A DNA stretch of 51,966 nucleotides from Luminiphilus sp. (GTDB lineage: Bacteria; Pseudomonadota; Gammaproteobacteria; Pseudomonadales; Halieaceae): positions 1 to 51,966 of the forward strand of contig CAXPOA010000203.1 in the NCBI GenBank assembly GCA_964218505.1. Reading direction: 5' to 3'. Both the position numbers and the translations under genes were made by a program. The notes under the pieces are model-generated. The model made no database searches, was not told the DNA's origin, and saw nothing but the letters and a program-made list of their open reading frames with translations. This document shows positions 1 to 9,499 of this stretch, one piece after another. Numbering within the stretch: the first letter of the stretch is position 1; each line of letters begins with the position of its first letter.

Positions 1-31
1 CGGGTGCGCGTGGGACCCGCTAATGCCCCTG

Positions 32-57
32 TGACCCAGCCGACCAGTCGGCCCGTA
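32..57 (+). promoter_or_regulatory. Candidate ECF (RpoE/ChrR-type) promoter for cry-DASH: TGACCC-N16-CGTA
   Basis: TGACCC at 32-37, 16-nt spacer, CGTAAAG from 54; same architecture upstream of phrB and hemH. Confidence 0.6.
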
Positions 58-89
58 AAGGACCACACACCTTACAAAAGCACCACGTT

Positions 90-1403
90 ATGCGGCATTT
101 ACACTGGTTCCAGCAGGACTTGCGACTACAGGACAATCCGGCGCTTCGGAGCCACGCCGCGGCTGACTCCCTGTTGTGTGTATACCTGATGCCTCGCCCC
201 AAACCCTGGTGCAACACGGTTGGCCTGGGACCCCAGCGGGACCGCTTTTTACGAGAGTCACTCTTGGCGCTCCAAGCGGAGCTTCAGGCACTGGGACAGA
301 ATCTGATGGTCCTTGAGGGATCACCTGAGCTTGTGCTGCCTGATCTGGTAGCCAAATTCGGTATTACCGAGATCAGTATCTCCAGATGCCATGGTTATCA
401 CGAAACCAGAACCCTAGATTTCCTGCAACGCAAGCTTGAAATCCCGATTTCGGTGCATCGAGGCAACACCTTATTTGAGCCCGAGGACTTTCCCTTCGAA
501 CTCCAGGAAATTCCTGGGGTGTTTTCCCCATTCAGGCGTCGGGTCGAGTCTCTCAAGATAAACAAGCCCTTAGCAGGGCCCGAGTATCTACCTCCGCCAC
601 CGGCGGCCCAATACGATGATATCCCGCCCTCTCTACACAGCCGCCATCCCGCACTCCCACTGCCCGGGGGCCCTGTCGCAGCAGAGCGGCGTCTGCACCA
701 GTTTATCGAGGTGGAAAAGTCCATCACCCGCTACAAGGAGACCCGAAATTGCCTCGATGGTATGGATGGATCGAGCACCCTCTCCCCCTGGCTGGGTAAC
801 GGGAACCTGTCGGTGAGGGAGGTAGCTCATCGTATTTTTTCCTTCGAGCGTGATCACACCGCGAACGAATCAACCTACTGGCTCTACTTCGAGCTGCTCT
901 GGCGTGAGTTCTTTCACTGGCGAGCAGTCGTTGATGACCACAAGCTGTTCCGCATTGGCGGCGTGGCCGGGAAAATCCGACAGAGTCCTTTTGAGCCCCG
1001 CCAGTTTGCCCGCTGGTGCGCGGGGGACACGGATTATCCGCTGGTGAATGCCCTCATGCGTCAACTGGTTGCGACCGGCTGGATGAGCAATCGTGGCAGG
1101 CAGATTGCTGCCAGCTGCCTAATCCATGAACTTCAGGGAGACTGGCGTTTCGGTGCCGCGTTCTTCGAAAAGCATCTGATCGATTTTGATGTAGGCAGCA
1201 ATTACGGTAATTGGCAATACATCGCTGGCGTGGGTCACGATCCCCGAGGCGGTCGACAATTCAATCTGGAAAAACAGGCGCAACAACACGACCCCGAGGG
1301 GCTATTTACCCGAAAATGGGATGGCTACAGAGCACCTCAGCCGCTCTACATCAATGACGCCGCCGACTGGCCTATTACCGAGACAGACTCACGAGATGCG
1401 TAA
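90..1403 (+). CDS. Cryptochrome DASH family photolyase/cryptochrome
   Basis: 437 aa; N-terminal WFQQDLRLQDN; YKETRN..SSTLSPWL; WLYFELLWREFF; TGWMSNRGRQ and DFDVGSNYGNWQYIAGVG FAD-domain motifs typical of DASH. Confidence 0.92.
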   Translation: MRHLHWFQQDLRLQDNPALRSHAAADSLLCVYLMPRPKPWCNTVGLGPQRDRFLRESLLALQAELQALGQNLMVLEGSPELVLPDLVAKFGITEISISRCHGYHETRTLDFLQRKLEIPISVHRGNTLFEPEDFPFELQEIPGVFSPFRRRVESLKINKPLAGPEYLPPPPAAQYDDIPPSLHSRHPALPLPGGPVAAERRLHQFIEVEKSITRYKETRNCLDGMDGSSTLSPWLGNGNLSVREVAHRIFSFERDHTANESTYWLYFELLWREFFHWRAVVDDHKLFRIGGVAGKIRQSPFEPRQFARWCAGDTDYPLVNALMRQLVATGWMSNRGRQIAASCLIHELQGDWRFGAAFFEKHLIDFDVGSNYGNWQYIAGVGHDPRGGRQFNLEKQAQQHDPEGLFTRKWDGYRAPQPLYINDAADWPITETDSRDA

Positions 1404-1551
1404 GAAAAGTGATCTGCCAACCAAAGTGTGCCCTGTGTGCGAGAGGCCCTTTACTTGGCGGGCCCGCTGGAAAAATAACTGGGCAGAGATCGTTTACTGC
1501 TCGCGCAAATGCAGCAGCCAACGGTACAAGCTAAAGCGCCTCAAGGACTGA
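1396..1551 (+). CDS. DUF2256 small Cys-rich protein
   Basis: MRKKSDLPTKVCPVCERPFTWRARWKNNWAEIVYCSRKC; ATG at 1396 overlaps the end of cry-DASH. Confidence 0.88.
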   Translation: MRKKSDLPTKVCPVCERPFTWRARWKNNWAEIVYCSRKCSSQRYKLKRLKD

Positions 1552-3051
1552 CTCAGCCCACGCTCTGATTGACGCCTGCTCAGATGGATCTCGTTTGCGC
1601 CAATTGGCAAGAATCAGTCCCATACGCGCATTTTTGCCGAGATAATCAGCATGTCGATCGACAAAATGCCAATAGAGACTGTTGAAAGGGCATGCCCCCT
1701 CGCCAGTTGTTTTGCTCGGGTTGAAACGGCAGCTCTTACAATGGTTGCCCTGCTTCTGGATATATTTACCGCTTGCAGCATAGGGTTTGCTCGCCATGGC
1801 ACCGTTGTCAGCGTGCAAGGCCATACCCGCCGTATTGGGCAGTTCTACCCACTCATAGGCATCCACGTAAACTGCTAAATACCAGGCGCACACGGCGTCC
1901 ACATCGAGCCCCGCGAGCAGGGCAAAATTGCCAATCACCATCAGTCGCTGAATGTGGTGGGCATATCCCAGGTCCAGTGATTGGGTGATTGCCTTTTCCA
2001 AACAGCGGAGATCCGTGTCCCCGGTCCAAAAAAATGAGGGTAGAGGCCGGCGAGCATCAAAGGTATTGCGGGTTGCATACTCGGGCATGAGGAGCCAGTA
2101 GATACCTCGGACGTACTCACGCCACCCGAGTACCTGCCGGATAAACCCCTCGGCTGCAGAGAGCGAGCAACGCTCCCGGCGCCAGGCCTCTTCAACCTGC
2201 CGACATACCGCTAACGGCTCAAGCAAGCCACAATTCAAATACATGGAAATAAGGCTATGGAACACCCAGGGCGACTCCTCGACAAGCGCGTCCTGGTAGG
2301 TGCCAAAGTTGGCGAGAGCATGATCGCAGAACCAATCAAATTGCCTCTTTGCCTCCTCCCCAGTGACCGCAAGTCGAAACTGGCTCAGGTCACCTGGGTT
2401 ATCCGGAAACTGATCGTTAACGAGTGCGATGACCTTTTGAGTGATTGCGTCTGGCTCCACGTCAGGACGTGGCGGGATATCACATTGCCCCCGCCAGCCG
2501 ACGCGGTTATCACTGTCGTAATTCCATTTACCGCCACAGGGCTCACCATCATCCAGAAGCACCCCGTATTGGCGGCGCATATCCCGGTAGAAGTACTCCA
2601 TACGCAGCTGTTTGCGCCCCGACGCCCATGTCTGAAACTGCTTGTGACTGGCCAAAAAACGGCTGTCCTCGAGCACCTCAACTGAAACCCCTAGATCTGA
2701 GGACCAGGTAGTCATGGCGGAGGACAATCGATGTTCACCGGGCTCACAGATGACTAGTTCACCGCAGTCGGTCGAGGCGAGCGTTACGCGACAGGCCTCT
2801 TTTAGACTGGCTACCCCCTGATCAAAGGGGATGTATCGCACCGTAAAACCCTGGGTTTCCAAATCTTTTGCAAAATGACGCATCGCCGAAAAGAGCAACA
2901 CGATCTTGTGCCGATTGTGACGAACATAAGTGGCCTCCTCCGCCACTTCCGCAAGGAGGATCACATCACGAGCTTTGTCTGCAAGAGCAAGAGCCGGGTT
3001 GGCGGCGCTCAGCTGATCCGCCAGGATCAAAATCAGTCGAGGTTGTGTCAT
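1531..3051 (-). CDS. FeS bacterial cryptochrome/(6-4) photolyase (PhrB/CryB class)
   Basis: Start MTQPRLILILADQL; HKIVLLFSAMRHFA, RMEYFYR, GGKWNYD, EGFIRQVLGWREY, YAHHIQRLM, KPYAASG; four Cys (DLRC, HCKSC, ACPF) consistent with a [4Fe-4S] cluster. Confidence 0.92.
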   Translation of the reverse strand: MTQPRLILILADQLSAANPALALADKARDVILLAEVAEEATYVRHNRHKIVLLFSAMRHFAKDLETQGFTVRYIPFDQGVASLKEACRVTLASTDCGELVICEPGEHRLSSAMTTWSSDLGVSVEVLEDSRFLASHKQFQTWASGRKQLRMEYFYRDMRRQYGVLLDDGEPCGGKWNYDSDNRVGWRGQCDIPPRPDVEPDAITQKVIALVNDQFPDNPGDLSQFRLAVTGEEAKRQFDWFCDHALANFGTYQDALVEESPWVFHSLISMYLNCGLLEPLAVCRQVEEAWRRERCSLSAAEGFIRQVLGWREYVRGIYWLLMPEYATRNTFDARRPLPSFFWTGDTDLRCLEKAITQSLDLGYAHHIQRLMVIGNFALLAGLDVDAVCAWYLAVYVDAYEWVELPNTAGMALHADNGAMASKPYAASGKYIQKQGNHCKSCRFNPSKTTGEGACPFNSLYWHFVDRHADYLGKNARMGLILANWRKRDPSEQASIRAWAESVLEAL

Positions 3052-3060
3052 GGCTGACTT

Positions 3061-3086
3061 TACGGGAGCCAGGCGCGCGCGGATCG
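3061..3086 (-). promoter_or_regulatory. Candidate ECF (RpoE/ChrR-type) promoter for phrB: CGATCC-N16-CGTA
   Basis: Minus strand reads CGATCC gcgcgcgcctggctcc CGTAAAG, with CGTA 9 nt before the ATG. Confidence 0.6.
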
Positions 3087-3200
3087 AAGCGCACGGTTTT
3101 GGAGAGGCTGATGCCCGCGCAACGCATCGCAAGCGATCGCTTGCATCATGAGCGGTAGAAGCACCATGATGCTGGTTGGTTATTCGGGAAGCTTACTCAC

Positions 3201-4373
3201 ATGTTGCGTGCCACCCTTTTCGCTCTTGGGCTCTTGTCGCTTGTAGGCCTCGCCGGGGTGTTCGGCCTTGGGCCCGGGCTTTTCGAGCAATCGATGAACC
3301 GCCTGACAACCGACGGCTATGCACCTCTCGATGCAGAGGCCCTCGCCCTTCATGGGTCGCTGCTGGTTGGCGATCTCCATGCGGACACAGCCTTGTGGCA
3401 ACGACCCATTGAGGAGCGCAGTGACCGCGGCCATGTGGATCTCGAACGACTCCTTGAGGGCAAAATTACTCTGCAAATGTTCACCACAGTGACCAAATCT
3501 CCCCGGGGCCAAAACTACGAAGAGAACTCAAGCGAGGCCTTTGACAATATCTCCATGCTGGCACTGGTTCAGCGTTGGCCCGCGGCTACACGACAGTCAT
3601 TGGCAGCGCGAGCCCTTTATCAAGCTGAACGAATTCACCAAGCAGCCTCCAACTCACCTCACCTACAGGTGGTGCTGGACCAGCGCGACCTCGAGGAAGT
3701 GCTGGACCGGAGAGCAGCAGGTGAACCAATCGTTGGAGCACTGATCGGCACCGAGGGGTCACATGCGCTAGACGCAAAAATTGACAATGTCGACCGCCTG
3801 TACGCCGCCGGTTTTCGCATGATGTCCCTGCAGCATTTCTTTGATAATGCTCTTGGTGGATCTCTACATGGCGAAAGCAATCAAGGGCTGACATCTTTCG
3901 GTCAGCAAGCGGTAGACCGGATGCTTTCCCTTGGCATTATGATCGACGTCGCCCACTCATCCGAAGCTGTGGTGCAGGATCTACTGGCAGACCATCTGGT
4001 TCCGCTGATCGTGAGTCATACGGGCTTTCAGGGACACTGTGACAGTCCGCGCAATATTTCAGACGACACCATGGAACTGATCACCAATGCCGGGGGCCTG
4101 ATAGGCGTCGGTTTCTGGGATGGCGCTACCTGCGGCAACGACGTTGACTCGATAGTCGGCGCAATCCGCTATGGCATCGACCGATTTGGCCTCGACCACA
4201 TAGCCCTTGGATCGGACTGGGATGGCGCAATCAGTGCGCCCTTTGATGCAGCCAACATAGCGCAGCTGACTCAGGGGTTACTCGATGCCCGGTTTTCAGA
4301 GGCCGAAATCCGCGCCGTGATGGGCGGCAACATGATTCGATTTCTGAAAACCCACTTACCGCCAGGCCGTTAA
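3201..4373 (+). CDS. Membrane dipeptidase (peptidase M19, renal dipeptidase family)
   Basis: N-terminal hydrophobic anchor; DLHADT, TEGSH, DVAHSS, VSHTG, PRNISD, LGSDWDG, MGGN motifs. Confidence 0.88.
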   Translation: MLRATLFALGLLSLVGLAGVFGLGPGLFEQSMNRLTTDGYAPLDAEALALHGSLLVGDLHADTALWQRPIEERSDRGHVDLERLLEGKITLQMFTTVTKSPRGQNYEENSSEAFDNISMLALVQRWPAATRQSLAARALYQAERIHQAASNSPHLQVVLDQRDLEEVLDRRAAGEPIVGALIGTEGSHALDAKIDNVDRLYAAGFRMMSLQHFFDNALGGSLHGESNQGLTSFGQQAVDRMLSLGIMIDVAHSSEAVVQDLLADHLVPLIVSHTGFQGHCDSPRNISDDTMELITNAGGLIGVGFWDGATCGNDVDSIVGAIRYGIDRFGLDHIALGSDWDGAISAPFDAANIAQLTQGLLDARFSEAEIRAVMGGNMIRFLKTHLPPGR

Positions 4374-5680
4374 TCCAGCCAGGGCAACACCAGCTCATAG
4401 ATATTGACACGCGCCTTCAGGCGACTCGCCAGTAGAAACAATCCCGCAATCTTTCTGTGGATGTAGGCCGCGTACATGGGTGGAACTTCCCAGTATTCTT
4501 TGTTGCCCTGAATTTTTTGGCCCATCTCCGCGAGACGCATAGGCAGGGTTGACTCTCCAAAGTCGTAGGCTTCACCACAGCTGATTGGCTCCAGGACCAA
4601 CTGCAATAAATCCAGAACAACCTCTCTATAAGGGGAGCCCTCGGGCCCAAGGGAGTATCCTGCTGTTTCCGCCGCCGCTGCCATTCCCATGCGATCCCCT
4701 TCGATAGCACTTGCCAAGAGATTCAGGTAAGCGGTGGTAAAGGTATCTGGAAAATATTTTGATGCACCAAAATCCAACAGAACCACCTGACCAGTTTCTG
4801 GGTTGTAGCGGTAGTTGGCAAAGTTGGGGTCGGTCTGCACTAGGCCAAGCTCGAAGAGCTCTATGAGTAAGAGCTCAAAAAGCAGTGACATCACCCGATC
4901 GCGTTCCTCCTGATCCTCGTCAACAACCTCTTCGATGGCCACTCCTTCGACATAGGTCAAGCCGAGAACACGGGAGCCACTCAGGGAGGGGATCACCCGG
5001 GGTAATAAAAATCGCTCATCGTTGCCCAGCCCTTTGACGAAGGCTCGGAGATAGTTTGCCTCCTGCTTGTAATCTGCTTCCTCGTGCAGCTGCGCTTTTA
5101 CCTCGGTGAGAAGAGGACTGATGTCCATGTGCTTGGGCAGCAGACCCGATACCCTCAGAAGCGCCGCTAGATTGTCTACATCCGAGTCGATACTCTCGCG
5201 CACGCCGGGGTATTGGATTTTGAGGACAGCGGGTTGACCCCCAGCCGAGCGCAGGCGATGGACCTGGCCGATCGACGCAGCCGCAAAAGGTTTTTGCTCG
5301 AAGTCGATCAGCACCGACTGATGTTCGACGCCAAAGGCCTCGGTGAGAACTTCATCGAGCTGACGCTCTGGCATGGCATACGCCGCATTGCGAAGGGTTG
5401 CCAGAATATCCGCGAGCTCTCTGGGTAGCAGATCTCCACTGTCCATGGAGAGAATTTGACCCAGCTTCATCGCCGCCCCGCGCATCTCTGAAAGCTGGCG
5501 AGTCAGTCGACGGGCGTTCACCGGGGTGAGCAACAAATCCCTCGCCTTAGGGCGCTGACCCGAGGCTACCTGTTTGGCACCCTGTGCCAGCATGTTGCCG
5601 GCAACACCCCCAGCGAGCCGGGCAAACTTCCCGAAGCGCCGTACGCGACCCCGGGGCACGGATCGGGAGCTATCACTCAT
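4370..5680 (-). CDS. ABC1/AarF/UbiB (COQ8-like) atypical kinase
   Basis: KLGQ, AAASIGQVH, VLKIQYP, QTDPNFANY, LLDFG. Confidence 0.9.
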   Translation of the reverse strand: MSDSSRSVPRGRVRRFGKFARLAGGVAGNMLAQGAKQVASGQRPKARDLLLTPVNARRLTRQLSEMRGAAMKLGQILSMDSGDLLPRELADILATLRNAAYAMPERQLDEVLTEAFGVEHQSVLIDFEQKPFAAASIGQVHRLRSAGGQPAVLKIQYPGVRESIDSDVDNLAALLRVSGLLPKHMDISPLLTEVKAQLHEEADYKQEANYLRAFVKGLGNDERFLLPRVIPSLSGSRVLGLTYVEGVAIEEVVDEDQEERDRVMSLLFELLLIELFELGLVQTDPNFANYRYNPETGQVVLLDFGASKYFPDTFTTAYLNLLASAIEGDRMGMAAAAETAGYSLGPEGSPYREVVLDLLQLVLEPISCGEAYDFGESTLPMRLAEMGQKIQGNKEYWEVPPMYAAYIHRKIAGLFLLASRLKARVNIYELVLPWLD

Positions 5681-7050
5681 TTAGAGCACTCCCAGCGACC
5701 AAGCCAGTCATCGACAATGTCCACGCCGTTAAATTCAGCACCGACCACCGAAATAAAGGTGAAGACACCTGTCAGCTTGCGGGCCATCAAGGCGAAGTTG
5801 CCCGGGGGGATAGAGAAATCCCGGCTTGCCACCGACCCCGCCACATGGCGCCCGGTACGTTTCAGGAGGTGTGAATCAGCCCAGCGATAGGCGCCCTTTG
5901 CATTGAGTAACTCCACTGGCAACTCCTCGGGCGGTCGCAGGGGCTCCAGCAATTTTTCAACAAAGGCAACAAACGTGCGGCGTGCATAGTCACTGCTATC
6001 TGCGTCAATACAACCGAGCTTTGTTAATCCACGCTCAAGTCTGACCCCGTCCTTTTGCTGCCCCCCCGCAATGGTATCGGCAAGGGCATGCTGGGTGTCA
6101 CGAGACAGCCGAACCACCGATCCAAAATCTAGAAGCGTCATGCGCCCACCCCGATCCCCAATCAGATAGTTACCAAAATTGGGATCTGCCTGCATCAGAC
6201 CAAGATCAAATACTTCGAAGAAGAAGAGCTCGAGCATCGCCCTGCCCAGTTGATCACGACGTTTCTGACTGAGTGCAGCAACCGACGGATCCGTCACCAA
6301 CTTGCCGCGGACAAAATCCATAACAAGCACATCACTGGAACTTAGCTCGGCGTCATAGGCGGGTACATGGAATTCGATATCCAGCTCGGCCATCCGAGAA
6401 TTAGCGCCTAGGGCGTCAGCCATTTCTTGGGCCAACGCCAGCTCTCTCGGGTAGTCGACCTCGAGGATCAACTGCTCGTGAAGCACCTGCAGCCAGCTGT
6501 CAAAGTCTTTACTGGCGGGTATCCATCGGGCCAAGCGGAGCATCCTCACCACCGCGGCAAAATCCTCATCCAGTACCCCGACAAGATCCGGATACTGAAT
6601 TTTGAGCACCAGGTCCCTGTTGGTTTGTCGGTGCTTCGCACGATGCACCTGAGCGAGAGACGCCGCCGCGAGAGCTTGCCGATCGACATTCAGCTGCTCG
6701 AGCTCGGCGCCCATAGTGCTCCGCAGGACGGGCTCGATGTAAGTCCAGTCCAAAGGCTGGGTTTGAGATTCCAGTCGGTGCAGCGCCCGAGTCAACGGCG
6801 CTGGTAAAAAGTGCTCTCCCAAAAGCGCCAGCAACTGGCCTATCTTGACGTAGCTTCCCTTGAGTTCGCCGAGGGTATCCGCAAATCGATCGGCCTCTCG
6901 CTGCAAGCGATCCTCATCGACGCCTGAGTCGCCCCGAAGACGTCGCAAGGCGCCATCGATGGCAAAGGCGCCGCCCGCCCTGGCACCAGCCAAAGACAAA
7001 GCGAAACCCCGGCCGAGAGCGCCGCGGCGAATAGGTGTTTTTTTGGTCAT
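5677..7050 (-). CDS. ABC1/AarF/UbiB (COQ8-like) atypical kinase, second paralog
   Basis: KIGQ, AAASLAQVH, VLKIQYP, QADPNFGNY, LLDFG; 4-bp overlap with the downstream paralog. Confidence 0.9.
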   Translation of the reverse strand: MTKKTPIRRGALGRGFALSLAGARAGGAFAIDGALRRLRGDSGVDEDRLQREADRFADTLGELKGSYVKIGQLLALLGEHFLPAPLTRALHRLESQTQPLDWTYIEPVLRSTMGAELEQLNVDRQALAAASLAQVHRAKHRQTNRDLVLKIQYPDLVGVLDEDFAAVVRMLRLARWIPASKDFDSWLQVLHEQLILEVDYPRELALAQEMADALGANSRMAELDIEFHVPAYDAELSSSDVLVMDFVRGKLVTDPSVAALSQKRRDQLGRAMLELFFFEVFDLGLMQADPNFGNYLIGDRGGRMTLLDFGSVVRLSRDTQHALADTIAGGQQKDGVRLERGLTKLGCIDADSSDYARRTFVAFVEKLLEPLRPPEELPVELLNAKGAYRWADSHLLKRTGRHVAGSVASRDFSIPPGNFALMARKLTGVFTFISVVGAEFNGVDIVDDWLGRWECSK

Positions 7051-7108
7051 GGGTGCTCTACGAAAAAAACCCTGAGACGGACTTGCTCATTGATAGAGAC
7101 AGGGGCTG

Positions 7109-8230
7109 TCAATCCAGCAGTAAGCTCGCCAGGCGTTTGCGATGATGGATTGCGTCCCCAAACACCTGCTGGGTCCACTGAGCCCGCCGGATAAACAAGG
7201 TCGAGTCGCAATCCCAGGTGAAACCAATACCCCCATGAAATTGAACCGCTCGATCCCCTGCAAAAACCAGCATGTCTCCCGCTGAGGTTTTCGCCATGCG
7301 GCACGCAGTTTCCGCATCAGTGCTGAGCGGACCCTCTTCAATGATGCTGGCAGCGTGATAGCAAAATGAGCGGGAATCCTCCACTGCACAATAAATATCC
7401 ACCGTTGGATGCTTTAGCGCCTGATAGGAACCAATCAGTTTGCCAAACTGCTTTCTCGTTTTCAGGTAATCCACGATGACTTCCAGACATCTGGCGCCGG
7501 TCCCCGTCGCCTCAACCGCCGCAAGTAATGCGCCCATGAGCCGATAGTCACGTACGGCGGAGGCCACCTGCTCGCCGCTGATCACCTGTTCGGGCCGAAC
7601 ACCGGAGAAATCAACCCGGCAGGAGCGTTTGGTCAGGTCGATCAGCGTATTGGTAGTGAATGCGTCATCCGACATCGTGGATCGTGTCACCAAGGCAAGA
7701 ATCGGGGATCCATTCTGATTACCAACGACCACAAAATGAGACGCCACCTGCGCGTTTCCGACGAAGGACTTGGCGCCCTGAAGAACGCCTTGATCATCAA
7801 GGGACACGCCTGTGTTTTCTGCACCCCAGTCGGCACCGTCCAGGAACGCCACAGTGGCAACTTCACCCGCAGCAATGGCCGCTAGCGTAGCTTCCTGGGC
7901 CGCGCCCCCCGCTCGCAGTAGTAACTGACCGGCTAGTGTGGTGTCCATCAATGGGGTACCCAACAAGCCATGACCCAAGGCTTCCACGACAGGAATCACG
8001 GCTGAGAATCCGAGTGCGGAACCGCCCACAGTTTCTGGCAGTGCTATGCCGGTCCAGCCCAGAGCCACCATTTCATCCCAAACCCCCTGGTCGTAACCTG
8101 CGGGCGTCTCGAGTTGAGCTCGCACCTGATCAATGGGCGACTTATCTCGGACAAAGGCTCGTGCCACATCGAGGAGCATTGACTGCTCTTCGCTGAAGTT
8201 GAGCGCAACACTTCCAACTAATGAAGACAT
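7109..8230 (-). CDS. Acyl-CoA dehydrogenase family protein (short subunit of a paired ACAD)
   Basis: Start MSSLVGSV at 8230; LGWTGIALPETVGG, RKQFGKLIGSYQALKH, VQFHGGIGFTWD. Confidence 0.88.
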   Translation of the reverse strand: MSSLVGSVALNFSEEQSMLLDVARAFVRDKSPIDQVRAQLETPAGYDQGVWDEMVALGWTGIALPETVGGSALGFSAVIPVVEALGHGLLGTPLMDTTLAGQLLLRAGGAAQEATLAAIAAGEVATVAFLDGADWGAENTGVSLDDQGVLQGAKSFVGNAQVASHFVVVGNQNGSPILALVTRSTMSDDAFTTNTLIDLTKRSCRVDFSGVRPEQVISGEQVASAVRDYRLMGALLAAVEATGTGARCLEVIVDYLKTRKQFGKLIGSYQALKHPTVDIYCAVEDSRSFCYHAASIIEEGPLSTDAETACRMAKTSAGDMLVFAGDRAVQFHGGIGFTWDCDSTLFIRRAQWTQQVFGDAIHHRKRLASLLLD

Positions 8231-8241
8231 CTCTGCCCCCC

Positions 8242-9444
8242 TTACTTCGGCAAGCCGAGCACGTGCTCGGCAATAATATTGGCCTGAACCTGGGTGGTAC
8301 CACCCCCTATCGTCATGCCAAAGTTGGAAAAATAGGCGCGCTGCCAGAAGCCCCCGCGATGGGCATCGCTGTCCCCGATATAGAGCGAACTGCTGGCACC
8401 CTGCATAGCGGTGCCGAAGAGTTTCATCCGACGGGCCCACTCAGTACCCCGATATTTCGATGATAAAGGCAAGCCCATGGGAAAGTCGGAGGTGAGACCA
8501 GACAAACGCATACGGCGCTGCGACAAGGCGAGGGCCTTAGCCTCCATAATGAGCGTCACCGCCTGATCCCTTACGGAAGGATCCTGAAACAGGGGCTCGC
8601 CATCTCGTTCAAAACCCCGGAGATCATCAATCAAATCGTCAATTTGTATCGATACCGCCCAATGGCTGGTGCCCTGCCCGGCCTGCACGCCGCGCTCGTA
8701 TTCAAGTGTCTTCATGGCCACCTGCCAACCCTTGCCCTCCTCCAGCATCAGGGTAGAGGCGGGAATACGGGCGTCAGTAAAAAACACCTGATTGAAGCCG
8801 TACTCCCCTGTCACTTTGCGGATAGGGACTGCGTCAACTCCCGGTATTTTCATGGGGGAGAGGAAGAAGGACAGTCCGTCATACTTGCGCTCGGCAGTTG
8901 GGTCGGTCCGCGCCAACAAAATCATGTGATCGGCGTAATTACCCATGGTAGTCCAGATCTTCGAGCCGTTGATGACGTAGTCATCCCCATCCCGAACCGC
9001 ACGGGTCTGCACCGCACCAAGATCCGACCCGTGATCGGGCTCTGAAAATCCCTGACACCAGATTTCCTCTCCCGAGAGAATTCCTTTGAGGTACTTTGCC
9101 TTTTCTTCATCGGTGCCCATCTCCAACAACAGCGGGCCCACCCAACCGAGGCCAATGGTGTTGAACATGATTGGTGCGTTGGCTGCCCCCAACTCACGAT
9201 CGACAATGCCCTGATAAGCGGGGTCAGCACCCTGACCTCCATACTCCTTTGGCCAGTGCATGCCCAAATACCCTGCCGACCAGACTTTGTGCTGCCACTC
9301 TCGCAGAAAATCCAGCTGCTGCTCGGTCCCTACTTCCAGAAAGCTTAGAGGCAATAGAAAGGGCGGTGGCTCGGGGACGTTTGCCTGCATCCAGGCCCGC
9401 ACCTCTGTCTGAAACTCCCTCAGTTGGGCTTTTGAATCACTCAT
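8242..9444 (-). CDS. Acyl-CoA dehydrogenase family protein
   Basis: WPKEYGG, WCQGFSEPDHGSDL, INGSKIWTT, TLEYERG, TIGGGTTQVQANIIAEHVLGLP. Confidence 0.9.
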   Translation of the reverse strand: MSDSKAQLREFQTEVRAWMQANVPEPPPFLLPLSFLEVGTEQQLDFLREWQHKVWSAGYLGMHWPKEYGGQGADPAYQGIVDRELGAANAPIMFNTIGLGWVGPLLLEMGTDEEKAKYLKGILSGEEIWCQGFSEPDHGSDLGAVQTRAVRDGDDYVINGSKIWTTMGNYADHMILLARTDPTAERKYDGLSFFLSPMKIPGVDAVPIRKVTGEYGFNQVFFTDARIPASTLMLEEGKGWQVAMKTLEYERGVQAGQGTSHWAVSIQIDDLIDDLRGFERDGEPLFQDPSVRDQAVTLIMEAKALALSQRRMRLSGLTSDFPMGLPLSSKYRGTEWARRMKLFGTAMQGASSSLYIGDSDAHRGGFWQRAYFSNFGMTIGGGTTQVQANIIAEHVLGLPK

Positions 9445-9499
9445 GGGATCACTCTCTGATTTGAATCTCTAATTAACATTCTTGGGGCGAGCGGACCGG

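Noticed and set aside
8231-8440. Long N-terminal extensions given by the ORF track (also phrB, hemH, uvrA, rpsN, pqqD, lactonase)
   Set aside because: They overlap neighbouring genes or promoters; downstream starts match the family N-termini.
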